Assembly (NCBI GenBank): GCA_963701965.1
Contig: OY969695.1
Location: forward strand, 4,608,001-4,672,000
DNA: 64,000 bases
Direction of reading: 5' to 3'
Source: an uncultured Gemmatimonadales bacterium
GTDB taxonomy: Bacteria; Gemmatimonadota; Gemmatimonadetes; Gemmatimonadales; Gemmatimonadaceae
The position numbers and the translations under genes are program-made. Under the pieces are notes generated by a model. The model was given only the letters and a program-made list of their open reading frames with translations. It searched no databases and had not been told where the DNA came from. Positions within the stretch are counted from its first letter, which is position 1; the number at the start of each line of letters is the position of its first letter. This document shows positions 29,019 through 39,033 of this stretch, piece by piece.

Positions 29019-30011
29019 ATGGATCGGTACGATCTGGATATCGGAGTCACCCGTGGGGCCGCCGTCGAGTCCCGGCACCGCGTGCACGCGGCGGTCGTCG
29101 ACGCGGAGGACCGGTTGGTGGCGGGAGCCGGGGATCCACGCGCGGTGTCGTTCTGGCGTTCCTGCGCGAAGCCGTTCCAAGTGATGCCCCTGGTCGCCAG
29201 CGCCGGCCTCGAGGCGCTGCACTGGGGCGATGACGAGCTGGCGCTGGCCTGTGCCTCGCACGGGGGAGAGCCGGAGCACGTGCTCGTCGCCGAATCCATG
29301 CTGCGGGACGTGGGGCTGGAAGAGGGCGACCTGGCCTGCGGCGTCCACGAGCCGCTATCGGCGCGCGGCCTCCGGCTGGCCCGCGAAGGCGGCGCCCGGC
29401 TCCGTCGGGTGCACAACAACTGCTCGGGAAAGCACGCGGCGATGCTCGCCCGCGCCCGTCTCGCCGGATGGCCGACGGTCGGATACGAGCGCCACGAGCA
29501 TCCGGTGCAGCGCGCGGTCGTGGAAGTCGTCGCCACCTGGACGTCGTTGGCGCCGGCGTCGATTCCGTGGGCCGTCGACGGCTGCGGCGTGCCGGTGTTC
29601 GCCCTCGAGATCGAGCGCATGGCCCGGGCCTACGCCCGCCTCGCCGCGGCCAGCGCGCGGGGCGATGAAGTGCCGGCGCGGATCGTGAACGCGATGCGCG
29701 CCCGCCCGTTCCTGGTTGGCGGCACCGATCGCTTCGACTCGGTGCTGATCGAAGAGACGCAGGGACGCATCATCTCCAAGGTCGGCGCCGAAGGCGTGCA
29801 CAGCGCGGCCGTGCCGGATCTCGGGCTGGGGCTGGCGATCAAAGTCGAGGATGGCGCGCAGCGCGCCCAGTATCCGGCTCTGCTGCGCCTCCTCCAACTC
29901 GTGGGCGCCCTGCCCGAGGCGCTGCCCACCCGGCTCGCCGAGTATCTCCGCAAGCCGGTGCGCACGACGCGGAACGAGGTCGTCGGCGAGATTGCCCCGA
30001 TCGTGTCGTGA
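29019..30011 (+). CDS. L-asparaginase II family protein
   Basis: RG..VES.H, RS.AKPFQ, ASH.GE, NNCSGKH, DGCG.P, K.GAEGV, K.EDG. Confidence 0.88.
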   Translation: MDRYDLDIGVTRGAAVESRHRVHAAVVDAEDRLVAGAGDPRAVSFWRSCAKPFQVMPLVASAGLEALHWGDDELALACASHGGEPEHVLVAESMLRDVGLEEGDLACGVHEPLSARGLRLAREGGARLRRVHNNCSGKHAAMLARARLAGWPTVGYERHEHPVQRAVVEVVATWTSLAPASIPWAVDGCGVPVFALEIERMARAYARLAAASARGDEVPARIVNAMRARPFLVGGTDRFDSVLIEETQGRIISKVGAEGVHSAAVPDLGLGLAIKVEDGAQRAQYPALLRLLQLVGALPEALPTRLAEYLRKPVRTTRNEVVGEIAPIVS

Positions 30012-30032
30012 TGACGTCCATCCGGCGGTGCC

Positions 30033-31043
30033 GTGTTTATTGATCGCGTCACCGTCACCGTCGAAGCGGGCACCGGTGGCTCGGGCGCCAGCTCCTTCCG
30101 CCGCGAGTTTCGCGTGCCGTTCGGCGGTCCCGATGGCGGCGATGGCGGCCGGGGCGGAGACATCTTCGTCCAGGGCGACGACAACCTGACGACGCTCCTG
30201 GACTACACGTACCGCGACCGGTGGGTCGCGGAGCGAGGCGAGCACGGCATGGGATCGAACAAGACGGGACGGTCGGGCGCCGACGTCGTGCTGCCGGTCC
30301 CGCGCGGCACGATCATCACCGACGCCAATACCGGCGAACGGCTGGGCGAGGTCTTGTCGCACGGCGAGCGCCTGCTCGTCGCGCGCGCCGGTCGCGGCGG
30401 CAAAGGCAATGCGTTCTTCGCCACCGCGACGCACCAGAGTCCCCGGGAATGGCAGCCGGGGGAGGAAGGGGAGCATCGCACCCTGGTGCTGGAGCTCAAG
30501 CTGATCGCCGACATCGGCCTCGTCGGACAGCCGAATGCGGGCAAGTCGACGCTGCTCTCCGTCATCTCCGCGGCGCGGCCCAAGATCGGCGACTACCCGT
30601 TCACCACCCTGTCGCCGAACCTGGGCGTCGTGCAGCTGTCGGACCACCGGACCTTCGTGGTCGCGGACATCCCCGGCATCATCGAGGGCGCGCACGAAGG
30701 GCGGGGGCTCGGCCTCCAATTCCTCCGTCACATCGAGCGCACGCGCCTCCTGGCGTTCCTGGTGCCGATCGATGCGCTCGACCCGCAGCTCGAGTACGAT
30801 CAGCTGCGGGCCGAGGTCGGGACCTACTCGGCCGAACTGGCGGCCCGCCCGCACTGCGTGGTGTTTACCAAGATGGATCTATGGGGCGACGATCCGGCGC
30901 CCCCGATCAACGCTCCCGGTGCCTTTGGCACTTTCGCCATCTCGGCCGCGGCCCGCCGCGGCCTGGACACGCTGCTCGCCGCCTGGTGGCGCGAGCTCCT
31001 CGCCCTCCGGCGCCTGCCCGCCGACGCTGCCGCTGGTTCGTAG
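30033..31043 (+). CDS. obgE: GTPase ObgE
   Basis: MFID, Gly-rich Obg fold GGPDGGDGG.GG, GQPNAGKST, YPFTTL.P, DIPG. Confidence 0.96.
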   Translation: MFIDRVTVTVEAGTGGSGASSFRREFRVPFGGPDGGDGGRGGDIFVQGDDNLTTLLDYTYRDRWVAERGEHGMGSNKTGRSGADVVLPVPRGTIITDANTGERLGEVLSHGERLLVARAGRGGKGNAFFATATHQSPREWQPGEEGEHRTLVLELKLIADIGLVGQPNAGKSTLLSVISAARPKIGDYPFTTLSPNLGVVQLSDHRTFVVADIPGIIEGAHEGRGLGLQFLRHIERTRLLAFLVPIDALDPQLEYDQLRAEVGTYSAELAARPHCVVFTKMDLWGDDPAPPINAPGAFGTFAISAAARRGLDTLLAAWWRELLALRRLPADAAAGS

Positions 31044-31044
31044 C

Positions 31045-31887
31045 GTGGTGTGGCACCACGGCGTGCCGCCGTACCCCGCCGCGCTCAACGATCTCGAGGA
31101 TCCGCCCGACCGGCTGTACGCCGAGGGCCGCGCGTCGGTGCTCGACGCGCCGTTGGTCACCATCGTCGGAAGTCGACAGGCGAGCGAATATGGCGCCCGG
31201 GTCGCCCGCGCCTTCGGCGCCGCGTTCGCGCGCGCCGGCGCGTGTGTCGTGAGTGGCCTCGCCTACGGTGTCGATATCGCGTCCCACGCGGGCGCCCTCG
31301 ACGTGGGGGGACGCGTCTGCGCCGTGCTCGGCACCGGGGTCAATGTGGCCTATCCGACCCGTCACCGCGCAATGCAGCGGCGCATCGCCGAGCACGGCTT
31401 GCTCCTCTCCGAGTATGTCGCCCAGACGACGGCGAGACCCTGGCACTTTCCCCAGCGCAACCGCCTCATGGCCGCCCTCGGGCGCGCGACGATCGTCGTG
31501 GAAGCCGCCCCATCGAGCGGCGCCCTGCTCACCGCCCGGATTGCGATGGATCTCAAGCGCCGCGTGGGCGTCGTCCCCGGCCCGATCGACTCGCCGACCA
31601 GCGTGGGCTCGAATGCCCTGCTGCACGAGCCGGGCGTGGCGCTGATCACCGACACGCGTGACGCCCTGGGGCTCATGAACATCTCCGCGTCCAGCGGCGT
31701 GACCCCGACGCTGGGGAGCGCCGACGAGCACTGCGTCTGGGACGCGTTGGTGACGCCAGCCAGCGGAGTCGACGAGCTGGTCGCCCGCACCGCGCTGCCG
31801 ACGGCGCGCTGCGTCGCGGCCCTGGGGATGCTCGAGCTCACCGGCGCCATCTCGATCGGCTACGACGGCTCGATTCGCCGCGAGTAG
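31045..31887 (+). CDS. dprA: DNA-processing protein DprA
   Basis: YP..L..L.DPP, VGSR.AS.YG, VSGLA.G.D, FPQRNR, VEA..SG.L.TA. Confidence 0.9.
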   Translation: MVWHHGVPPYPAALNDLEDPPDRLYAEGRASVLDAPLVTIVGSRQASEYGARVARAFGAAFARAGACVVSGLAYGVDIASHAGALDVGGRVCAVLGTGVNVAYPTRHRAMQRRIAEHGLLLSEYVAQTTARPWHFPQRNRLMAALGRATIVVEAAPSSGALLTARIAMDLKRRVGVVPGPIDSPTSVGSNALLHEPGVALITDTRDALGLMNISASSGVTPTLGSADEHCVWDALVTPASGVDELVARTALPTARCVAALGMLELTGAISIGYDGSIRRE

Positions 31888-31902
31888 GCGATATTTCGAG
31901 AC

Positions 31903-33024
31903 GTGTCCCCCCGGCCTCGTCACGTCTACGTCCACGTCCCATTCTGCGCCCGGCGCTGCTCGTACTGCGATTTCGCGATCGCCGTCCGCGCGGCAGCGCC
32001 CATGGAAGAGTATCTCGCGGCCCTCGGCGCCGAGTTGACCCTGCGGTACCCCCCCGCCAATGGCTGGGAAGCCGAGACGCTCTACTTCGGCGGGGGCACG
32101 CCGTCGATGCTCGGCGCCGGCGTCTCGCGCCTCATGGCGCTGCTCGGCGAGTCGCTCCGGCTCGCGCCCGGCGCCGAGGTCACGCTGGAGGCCAATCCGG
32201 AGCACGTGACGCCCGCGAACGTCGTCGCGTGGCGTGCCGCCGGCATCACGCGCCTCTCGATCGGTGCGCAATCGTTCGATGCGGACGCGCTGCTCTGGAT
32301 GCACCGGACCCACAGCGCGACCGACACGCGGCGCGCCTTGGCCGTGGCGCGCGACGGAGGCTTCGACAATGTCTCGCTGGACCTGATCTTCGGGCTGCCC
32401 GCGTCGCTCCGTCGCGACTGGCAGCGTGACGTCGACGCGGCGCTGGCGCTCCGCCCGGCGCACCTTTCGCTGTACGGCCTGACCGCCGAGCCGGCGACGC
32501 CGTTGGCGCACTGGTTGACCCGGGGCGCGGTCGAGATGCCAGGCGACAGCGCCTATGAGAGCGAGTTCCTGCACGCCCACGCCGCCGCCGCGGCGGCGGG
32601 CTACGAGCACTACGAGGTCTCGAACTTCGCCCTGCCGGGCGCGCGCGCCCGGCATAACTCCTCGTATTGGTCCGGGGCGTCCTACGCGGGCCTCGGTCCA
32701 TCGGCCCACGAGCTCGACGGCGACGTGCGGCGCTGGAACATCGCGCCCTACGTCGCGTGGCGCGACGCGCTACGCGCCGGCGGCGACCCTGTGGCGGGCC
32801 ATGAGCGGCTCACCGATGACAACCGGCTCACCGAACGCGTCTATCTGGGTCTCCGCACGGCCGACGGCCTGAGGTTTGACATGAAAGATGCGCCTGTGGT
32901 CGACCGGTGGCTCGAACAGGGTTGGGCGGAACAGCGCGCTCAACACACGACGTTGACCCCGCTGGGATGGCTCAGGCTCGACAGCCTGGCCGCTGACTTG
33001 ACTTATGCCAGAAGTCGTTCGTAG
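31903..33024 (+). CDS. hemW: Radical SAM heme chaperone HemW
   Basis: YVHVPFC...C.YCDF, GGGTPS, EANP, YEVSNFA, HN..YW. Confidence 0.92.
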   Translation: MSPRPRHVYVHVPFCARRCSYCDFAIAVRAAAPMEEYLAALGAELTLRYPPANGWEAETLYFGGGTPSMLGAGVSRLMALLGESLRLAPGAEVTLEANPEHVTPANVVAWRAAGITRLSIGAQSFDADALLWMHRTHSATDTRRALAVARDGGFDNVSLDLIFGLPASLRRDWQRDVDAALALRPAHLSLYGLTAEPATPLAHWLTRGAVEMPGDSAYESEFLHAHAAAAAAGYEHYEVSNFALPGARARHNSSYWSGASYAGLGPSAHELDGDVRRWNIAPYVAWRDALRAGGDPVAGHERLTDDNRLTERVYLGLRTADGLRFDMKDAPVVDRWLEQGWAEQRAQHTTLTPLGWLRLDSLAADLTYARSRS

Positions 33025-33027
33025 ATT
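32998..33027 (+). promoter_or_regulatory. sigma70-type promoter giving a probably leaderless hrcA mRNA
   Basis: TTGACT-N18-TAGATT, with the ATG 7 nt after the -10. Confidence 0.55.
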
Positions 33028-33034
33028 TAGACTT

Positions 33035-34099
33035 ATGCCGCTACCGGCGCTCAATGAGCGCGAACGTCGTATCCTCGAGGCCGTCATCCAGAGCTACGTC
33101 GAGACTGCCGAGCCCACGGGCTCGCGCAATCTCGCGCGCCGGTTCGGTTTCGGGGTCTCGCCGGCGACGATTCGCAATACCATGAGCGACCTCGAGGAAA
33201 AGGGATACCTGTACCACCCGCACACATCCGCGGGTCGGGTACCGACGGACATGGCGTATCGCATTTACGTCGATTCGTTGATGCGCCTCGCGCCGCCGCC
33301 GCCCCCGCCACCCGACCAGGATGTGCTGATGGAGCAGCTGGCCGCCGGTGGCTCGGCCATCGAGACGATCCTGCGCTGCGCCGCGCAGAGCCTGAGCGTG
33401 CTGACGCAAGAGTTGGGGATCGCGCTCGGCCCCCGCATCGAGCAGGCCGTCCTCGAGCGTGTCGACCTGGTGCGGCTGTCGAGCGAGCGGCTGCTGCTCG
33501 TCCTCGGGCTCCGCGGCGGCTCCGTCCGGACCATCTTCGTCGAAGTCGCCGGCACGATCGTGGATCCGGTCCTGACCGAGGTCTCGCAAGTTCTCAACGA
33601 GCGGCTCGGCGGCTTGACGCTGAAGGAGATCCGGGCGTCGCTGGCCTCGCGACTGCGCGACACGACGCCTTCGGACGGCGCGGGCGAGCTGCTCAGCATC
33701 TTCGTGCAGAGCGCCGACACGTTGTTCGAAGCGCCGCTGGCCGCCAGCGACAATGTCGTGCTCGGGGCGGCCTCCGTGCTGGCCGAGCAGCCCGAGTTCG
33801 CGTCGGGAGAGAGCCTGCGGCGGCTCATCGCCCTGACCGAAACCCGGCAACAGCTCGCCGACCTGCTGCGCAAGCGCACGGCCCCGTCCAGTGGCCTGTC
33901 GGCCAGCGGCATCTCGATCACGATCGGAAACGAGCACGCCGATCCGCGCCTCGAGAACCTGACCATCGTCACCGCCGAGTATCGCGCCGGTCCGCTGGGC
34001 GGTGTGATCGGCGTCATCGGTCCGACGCGCATGTCGTACGAGAAGGTGATCTCGCTGGTGAGCCATACGTCGCAGATGATCTCCGCGTTGTTCGCCTGA
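33035..34099 (+). CDS. hrcA: Heat-inducible transcription repressor HrcA
   Basis: SPATIRN.M.DLE..GYL..PHTSAGRVPT, IGPTRM.Y. Confidence 0.95.
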   Translation: MPLPALNERERRILEAVIQSYVETAEPTGSRNLARRFGFGVSPATIRNTMSDLEEKGYLYHPHTSAGRVPTDMAYRIYVDSLMRLAPPPPPPPDQDVLMEQLAAGGSAIETILRCAAQSLSVLTQELGIALGPRIEQAVLERVDLVRLSSERLLLVLGLRGGSVRTIFVEVAGTIVDPVLTEVSQVLNERLGGLTLKEIRASLASRLRDTTPSDGAGELLSIFVQSADTLFEAPLAASDNVVLGAASVLAEQPEFASGESLRRLIALTETRQQLADLLRKRTAPSSGLSASGISITIGNEHADPRLENLTIVTAEYRAGPLGGVIGVIGPTRMSYEKVISLVSHTSQMISALFA

Positions 34100-34110
34100 G
34101 GATCGGGATC

Positions 34111-35241
34111 GTGGCTGATTTCTACGCGACCCTCGGGCTTGCCCGCTCGGCGTCGGACGACGACATCAAGAAAGCGTATCGCAAGCTCGCCATGCAGTAC
34201 CATCCCGACCGCAACAACGGGTCGAAGGAAGCCGAGGAGCAGTTCAAGGCGATCAGCGAAGCGTATGACGTGTTGCGCGACCCCGAGAAGCGCGCCGCCT
34301 ACGATCGCTATGGCGAGGCGGGCCTGCGCGGAGGGGGCGGCGGCGGGTTCCACCACGTGGACTTGTCCGAGGCGCTCAGCATGTTCATGCGCGACTTCGG
34401 CGGATTGGGCGGATTCAGCGACTTGTTCGGCACGGGCCGGGCCCAAGTCAACCGCGCCGGGGCCGACGTCAAGCTGACGATCAACCTCTCGCTCGTGGAA
34501 GTGGCGACGGGTGTCGACAAGACCCTGACCCTCAAGCTGCTGGACGCGTGCGACCACTGCAACGGGACCGGCGCCGAGCCGGGGACCCAGCCCCAGCGAT
34601 GCGCGACCTGCGGCGGGAGCGGGGAAGTCCGCCGCGCCCAACGGTCGTTCTTCGGTCAGTTCGTGAGTGTCGCGCCGTGCCCGACCTGCGGCGGCGAAGG
34701 CACGGTCGTCTCCACGCCGTGCAAGAAGTGTCGCGGCGACGGACGCGTGCGCGTCGAGCGGACGCTCCAGATTCGTGTGCCGCCCGGGGTGTCCACGGGG
34801 CAGTATATGACACTCCGCGGGCGCGGGAACATCGGCCCGCGCGGCGGCGAGCGCGGCGACGTGATCGTGTTGTTCAACGTCGAGGACGATCCGCGCTTCG
34901 AGCGGGACGGCGACGATCTATACAGCGAAGTGCTGGTCTCGTATCCCCAGCTCGTGTTCGGCACGGATCTCGAAGTGCCCACGGTCACCGGCTCGGTGCC
35001 CCTCCGCATTCCCGAGGGCACGCAGAGCGGGCACGTCTTCGACCTTCGCGGCAAAGGGCTCCCCCGCGTGAACGCATCGGGCACGGGCGACCTGCACGTG
35101 CGCGTGCAGCTGTGGACGCCCGACGAGCTCACGCGCGAGGAAGAGGCGCTCATCCGCCAGCTCTCCAGCGTGCAGGCGAAGCCGCCGCAAACGCGGTCCA
35201 AAGGGCTGTGGGCGAAGATGAAGGAAGCCCTCGGCGCGTGA
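34111..35241 (+). CDS. dnaJ: Molecular chaperone DnaJ
   Basis: J domain with HPD, G/F region, four CxxCxGxG repeats. Confidence 0.96.
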   Translation: MADFYATLGLARSASDDDIKKAYRKLAMQYHPDRNNGSKEAEEQFKAISEAYDVLRDPEKRAAYDRYGEAGLRGGGGGGFHHVDLSEALSMFMRDFGGLGGFSDLFGTGRAQVNRAGADVKLTINLSLVEVATGVDKTLTLKLLDACDHCNGTGAEPGTQPQRCATCGGSGEVRRAQRSFFGQFVSVAPCPTCGGEGTVVSTPCKKCRGDGRVRVERTLQIRVPPGVSTGQYMTLRGRGNIGPRGGERGDVIVLFNVEDDPRFERDGDDLYSEVLVSYPQLVFGTDLEVPTVTGSVPLRIPEGTQSGHVFDLRGKGLPRVNASGTGDLHVRVQLWTPDELTREEEALIRQLSSVQAKPPQTRSKGLWAKMKEALGA

Positions 35242-36071
35242 CCTGGCACGCGGTCCGGGTGTGGATCGCGGCCCCCGACCCCCGCCGTGACACCGTGCTG
35301 CGGCTGTTGTTCGCCGACGGCTCGCTCGGCGTGCACGACAATGGCGATTCGATCGTCACGCATTTCCCCGGCGATCACAATGTTGGCGCGCTCTGCGTCA
35401 CCATCGGCGACGCCGTCCCCGGCGCTCGCATCGACACGTACGAGACGCCCGACGTCGACTGGTCGGAGCAGTGGAAGCACGCCATCGGCGCGCACCGGAT
35501 CGGCCGGCTCGCCGTAGCGCCGCCCTGGCTGGCGGGCGATCTCCCGTCGGCGACGACGATCGTGATCGAGCCGGCGATGGCGTTCGGCACAGGCGAGCAT
35601 GCGACGACGCGCGGCGTGCTGCGGCTGATGCAGGACATCGTACGCCCCGGGGATGTGGTCGCCGACCTCGGCGCTGGCAGCGCCGTGTTGTCCATCGCCG
35701 CGGCGAAGCTCGGCGCGGCCCGGGTCGTCGCCGTGGAGATGGACGGCGACGCGATCGGCAACGCCGAGGGCAACGTGGCGCGCAACGGGGAGACGTCGCG
35801 GGTGCACGTCTTGCACGGCGACGCCACTGTGCTGCTGCCGCTGCTGGCTCCGGTTCGAGTCGTGCTCGCCAACATCATCTCGTCGGTGCTGGTCGAGCTC
35901 CTGCCCACGATCGCTGCCGCGCTCACCGCGGACGGCGCCGTCGTCCTGAGCGGCATTCTGCGCGAGGAGCGCGCGACCTTGCTCGCCCTGCTCGCGGACA
36001 CCGGATGGCGGGTGAATGGGGAGGACGCGGAGGGGGAATGGTGGAGCGTGGCCGTGGCGCGGACGGCGTGA
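35238..36071 (+). CDS. prmA: 50S ribosomal protein L11 methyltransferase
   Basis: DW...WK, IEP.MAFGTG.H.TT, DLGAGS.VLSI, ANI. Confidence 0.92.
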   Translation: MTWHAVRVWIAAPDPRRDTVLRLLFADGSLGVHDNGDSIVTHFPGDHNVGALCVTIGDAVPGARIDTYETPDVDWSEQWKHAIGAHRIGRLAVAPPWLAGDLPSATTIVIEPAMAFGTGEHATTRGVLRLMQDIVRPGDVVADLGAGSAVLSIAAAKLGAARVVAVEMDGDAIGNAEGNVARNGETSRVHVLHGDATVLLPLLAPVRVVLANIISSVLVELLPTIAAALTADGAVVLSGILREERATLLALLADTGWRVNGEDAEGEWWSVAVARTA

Positions 36072-36799
36072 TCACCGGCGCGCTGCGCCCGCCGGCGAGT
36101 CTCCGGCTGTTGGCGGCCGGCCCGTTCGTTCCGGGCGCGACGATCGCGCTGGACGACGACGGCGCGCAGCATCTGCGGGTGCGCCGCGCGCTTGCCGGAA
36201 CAGCCGTGACACTGCTCGATGGCGCCGGGGCCGTCGCCGCCGGGCGCTTGGCGGCGCTCGACAAGCGCGGCGGACGCGTGGTGATCGAGGATGTGCAGCA
36301 TGCCGACCCGTTGCCCGCGGTCCATTTGCTCGTGCCCATTGCCGACCGGGAACGCGTGCTGTGGCTCGCGGAAAAGGGCACCGAGCTCGGGCTCACGTCG
36401 TGGCGCGCCGTCCGCTGGCGGCGGTCGCTCAGTGTGCATCCGCGGGGCGAAGGCCCGGCGTTTCAGGCCAAGATCCGCGCCCGCATGCGGAGCGCGGTGG
36501 AACAGTCGGCGAATCCCTGGTTGCCGACCCTGCTCCCCGACGCCAATGTCGCCGAGGCGGCCGAGCGGGGCGCCGGGTCGCGCTACTTGCTGACCGCCGG
36601 CGCGCCGGTCATGTTCGCCGTGCGGGCGCCAGTGACCCTGGCACTCGGGCCCGAAGGCGGCATCGAAGAGGATGAGGCCGGGGAGTTTCGCGCCGCCGGA
36701 TTCATCCCGGCGTCGGTCGGATCCCATACTCTGCGGTTCGAGACCGCCGGTCTCGCGGCGCTCGCCATCGTCCGCGCATCACTCGAGGGCCAGCCATGA
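36068..36799 (+). CDS. rsmE: 16S rRNA m3U1498 methyltransferase (start may be 36038)
   Basis: HLRV.R, EK.TELG, A.EQS, GPEGG, LRFETA. Confidence 0.9.
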   Translation: MITGALRPPASLRLLAAGPFVPGATIALDDDGAQHLRVRRALAGTAVTLLDGAGAVAAGRLAALDKRGGRVVIEDVQHADPLPAVHLLVPIADRERVLWLAEKGTELGLTSWRAVRWRRSLSVHPRGEGPAFQAKIRARMRSAVEQSANPWLPTLLPDANVAEAAERGAGSRYLLTAGAPVMFAVRAPVTLALGPEGGIEEDEAGEFRAAGFIPASVGSHTLRFETAGLAALAIVRASLEGQP

Positions 36800-37147
36800 G
36801 CAATGACGAAGCGACCTGCCTCTTCTGCCGGATCGTCCGCCACGAGATTCCCGCGCAGATCATTCAGGAGGCCGACGATCTGATCGTGTTCAACGACATC
36901 AACGCCCAAGCGCCATTTCACGCGTTGGTGGTGCCGCGGCGGCATCTCGGGGTCGCTCAACGACGCCAATGACCCCGCGCTCGTCGGAAAACTCGTCACC
37001 GCGGCGCGCGATCTGGCGCGCGAGCAAGGGTTCGCCGACAACGGTTATCGGATCGTCATCAACACGTTGTCCAATGGCGGCCAGACGGTGAACCACCTGC
37101 ACCTGCACGTACTCGCGGGACGCTACATGCGCTGGCCGCCGGGCTGA
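36796..37147 (+). CDS. HIT-family nucleotide-binding protein, with a 1-nt frameshift in GGGG at 36949-36952
   Basis: CLFCRIV..EIPA, DI..QAP.H.LVVP, then (shifted) GYRIVIN...[15 protein letters not shown]...WPPG. Confidence 0.88.
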
Positions 37148-37161
37148 TTATCTTTGCCGCC

Positions 37162-37430
37162 ATGATGACTGTCCGTCGCTGGACCATCGTGGTGCCCGGG
37201 GTTGCCGCCGCGTTCATCCGCATCGCGCTCCTGCCGTGGCTCCCGATTCCCTATCCGGCGACGCACGACGAGTTCAGTTATCTGTTGGGCGCCGATACGT
37301 TCTTGCACGGGCGACTGACGAACCCTCCGCATCCAATGTGGCGGTTTTCGAGACCATCCACGTCATCTCGATCCCCACATACGCATCGAAATACCAGCCC
37401 GGCGCGTCGTTCTTCCTCGCCATTGGCCGT
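37162..37430 (+). pseudogene. Truncated N-terminal remnant of a multi-pass membrane (GT-C/PMT-like) protein
   Basis: TM helix then [24 protein letters not shown], 1-nt shift, FETIHV...PTY.SKY.PG..FFLA. The frame then runs into the convergent gene. Confidence 0.55.
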
Positions 37431-37473
37431 GGCTCATGGACTGGTATCTGGCCGGCAAATGGAGCGGGGAAGT

Positions 37474-38293
37474 CTAAATGGTCAGAAGGGCCAGCTCCGG
37501 GCGCGCGCCAATGCGGAGCGGGATGCCGGAATTCCCGAGGCCGCGGCTGACGTAAAGGGTGTGCCCGCCCGCCTGATACCACCCTTTGACGTAGCGGCCG
37601 CTCCCATCGGGTACGATGATGGCCACGCCGAACGGGGCGATCTGCCCGCCATGGGTGTGGCCCGCGAGGGCAGTGACCGGCCGCGCGGCCACCGTTTGGA
37701 TCGAGTCGAACGTCACCGGACAGTGGGACAGGACAACGGTCCGCACCCCGGGATCCGCCGGTAGCCGCCGCAGGAGATCGTAGTCGGGGCTCCCCGCCCG
37801 CCAGTCGTCGAGTCCGACGAGATCGACCGGCGCTCCGCCGGTGTCGAGGCGGGTCGTGGCGTTGATCAGCAGGCGCACACCGGCGCGGTCGTAGTGCTGG
37901 CGGAGGCGCGTGAGATTGCAGAGACCCTGGTACTCCCAGTTCCCGAGGGTTGCGAACTTGCCGAGGGGCGCGTCCAACGCACCGTAGAACTCGACATGAT
38001 GCTCGGCGCCCCGCTGGTCGACCGCATCGCCGACGATCGCGATGAGAATGGGGCGCGAACTGCCGGACCGCCGCGATCAGCCGCCGGCCTTCGACGTAAT
38101 CGTGGGGCGAGTGCATATCGGCCAGGAGGGCGATCCTGAGGGGTGGATGGCCCGTCGCGACCGGGTGCGCCCGGTGGGTGATCTCCAGTGCGTTGGAGCC
38201 CCATCCGACCGCGCCAACTGTTCCCGCCGCGCCAAGAGCGGCGGTCGCCAGAAACCGGCGTCGGGTCAGCAGCAAGGCGGAATCAGGACTCAT
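37474..38293 (-). CDS. Tat-exported metallophosphoesterase (YkuE-like), with a 1-nt frameshift near 38047
   Basis: LTRRRFL twin-arginine signal, [30 protein letters not shown]....PE. Confidence 0.85.
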
Positions 38294-38306
38294 GGCGGAA
38301 TATAGC

Positions 38307-38335
38307 TTGACACGCGTTCGCGGAACTGATTAATT
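38307..38335 (+). promoter_or_regulatory. sigma70-type promoter for the rpsU operon
   Basis: Perfect TTGACA at 38307, followed 16-18 nt later by AT-rich ATTAATT. Confidence 0.6.
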
Positions 38336-38378
38336 CAAGAGCAGTTACGCCACTTCAACACGAAAGAGGACGAGCGTT

Positions 38379-38567
38379 TTGTCGGAAGTCATCATACACG
38401 ACGACGAGAACTTCGAACGGGCACTCAAGCGCTTCAAGAAGAAGTGTGAGAAAGCGGGTATCCTGTCCGATCTCCGGAAGCACCGCCATTACGAAAAGCC
38501 GAGCGAGCGCCGCAAGCGGAAGATGAACGCGGCGATGCGGAAGAACCGGCGGACGCGCCACGCGTAG
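38379..38567 (+). CDS. rpsU: 30S ribosomal protein S21
   Basis: [15 protein letters not shown]...D.RK...YEKPS..RKRK; AGAGGA SD and TTG start. Confidence 0.96.
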   Translation: MSEVIIHDDENFERALKRFKKKCEKAGILSDLRKHRHYEKPSERRKRKMNAAMRKNRRTRHA

Positions 38568-38573
38568 CCCCTG

Positions 38574-39017
38574 ATGGCCGACCTGTGGGCGCGGCTGCAA
38601 GCCGATCTGATCACCGCGCGCAAGGCGCAAGACAAACCCAGGACCCTGCTGCTTAGCACGATCCTGGCCGACGTCAAAAACCGCAAAATCGAGCTCGGCC
38701 GTGACCCGGTCGACGACGATGTCGTTGACGTCCTCCGCAAGGGCATCAAGAGACGGCGCGAGTCGATCGAGCTGTACGACAAGGGCGGGCGTCCGGAGTT
38801 GGCCGACAAAGAGCGCGCCGAGGTCCAGGCGCTGGACCAATACCTGCCGGCGCAAGTCGACGCCGGCGAGCTCCGGAACGCGGTGCGCTCGGCGATCGCC
38901 GCCGGCGCCACGAACATCGGTGCGGTGATGGGCCGGGTGCTCCCGCAGTACAAAGGGCGCGCCGAGGGCAGCATCATCAGCGCCATCGCGCGCGAGGAGC
39001 TCGCCGCGCGGGGGTGA
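38574..39017 (+). CDS. yqeY: GatB/YqeY domain protein
   Basis: DL..A.KA.D, K.R.ESI..Y..GGR..LA.KE..E...L..YLP, G.VM. Confidence 0.92.
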   Translation: MADLWARLQADLITARKAQDKPRTLLLSTILADVKNRKIELGRDPVDDDVVDVLRKGIKRRRESIELYDKGGRPELADKERAEVQALDQYLPAQVDAGELRNAVRSAIAAGATNIGAVMGRVLPQYKGRAEGSIISAIAREELAARG

Positions 39018-39033
39018 CTGTGGGGACCGCGCG

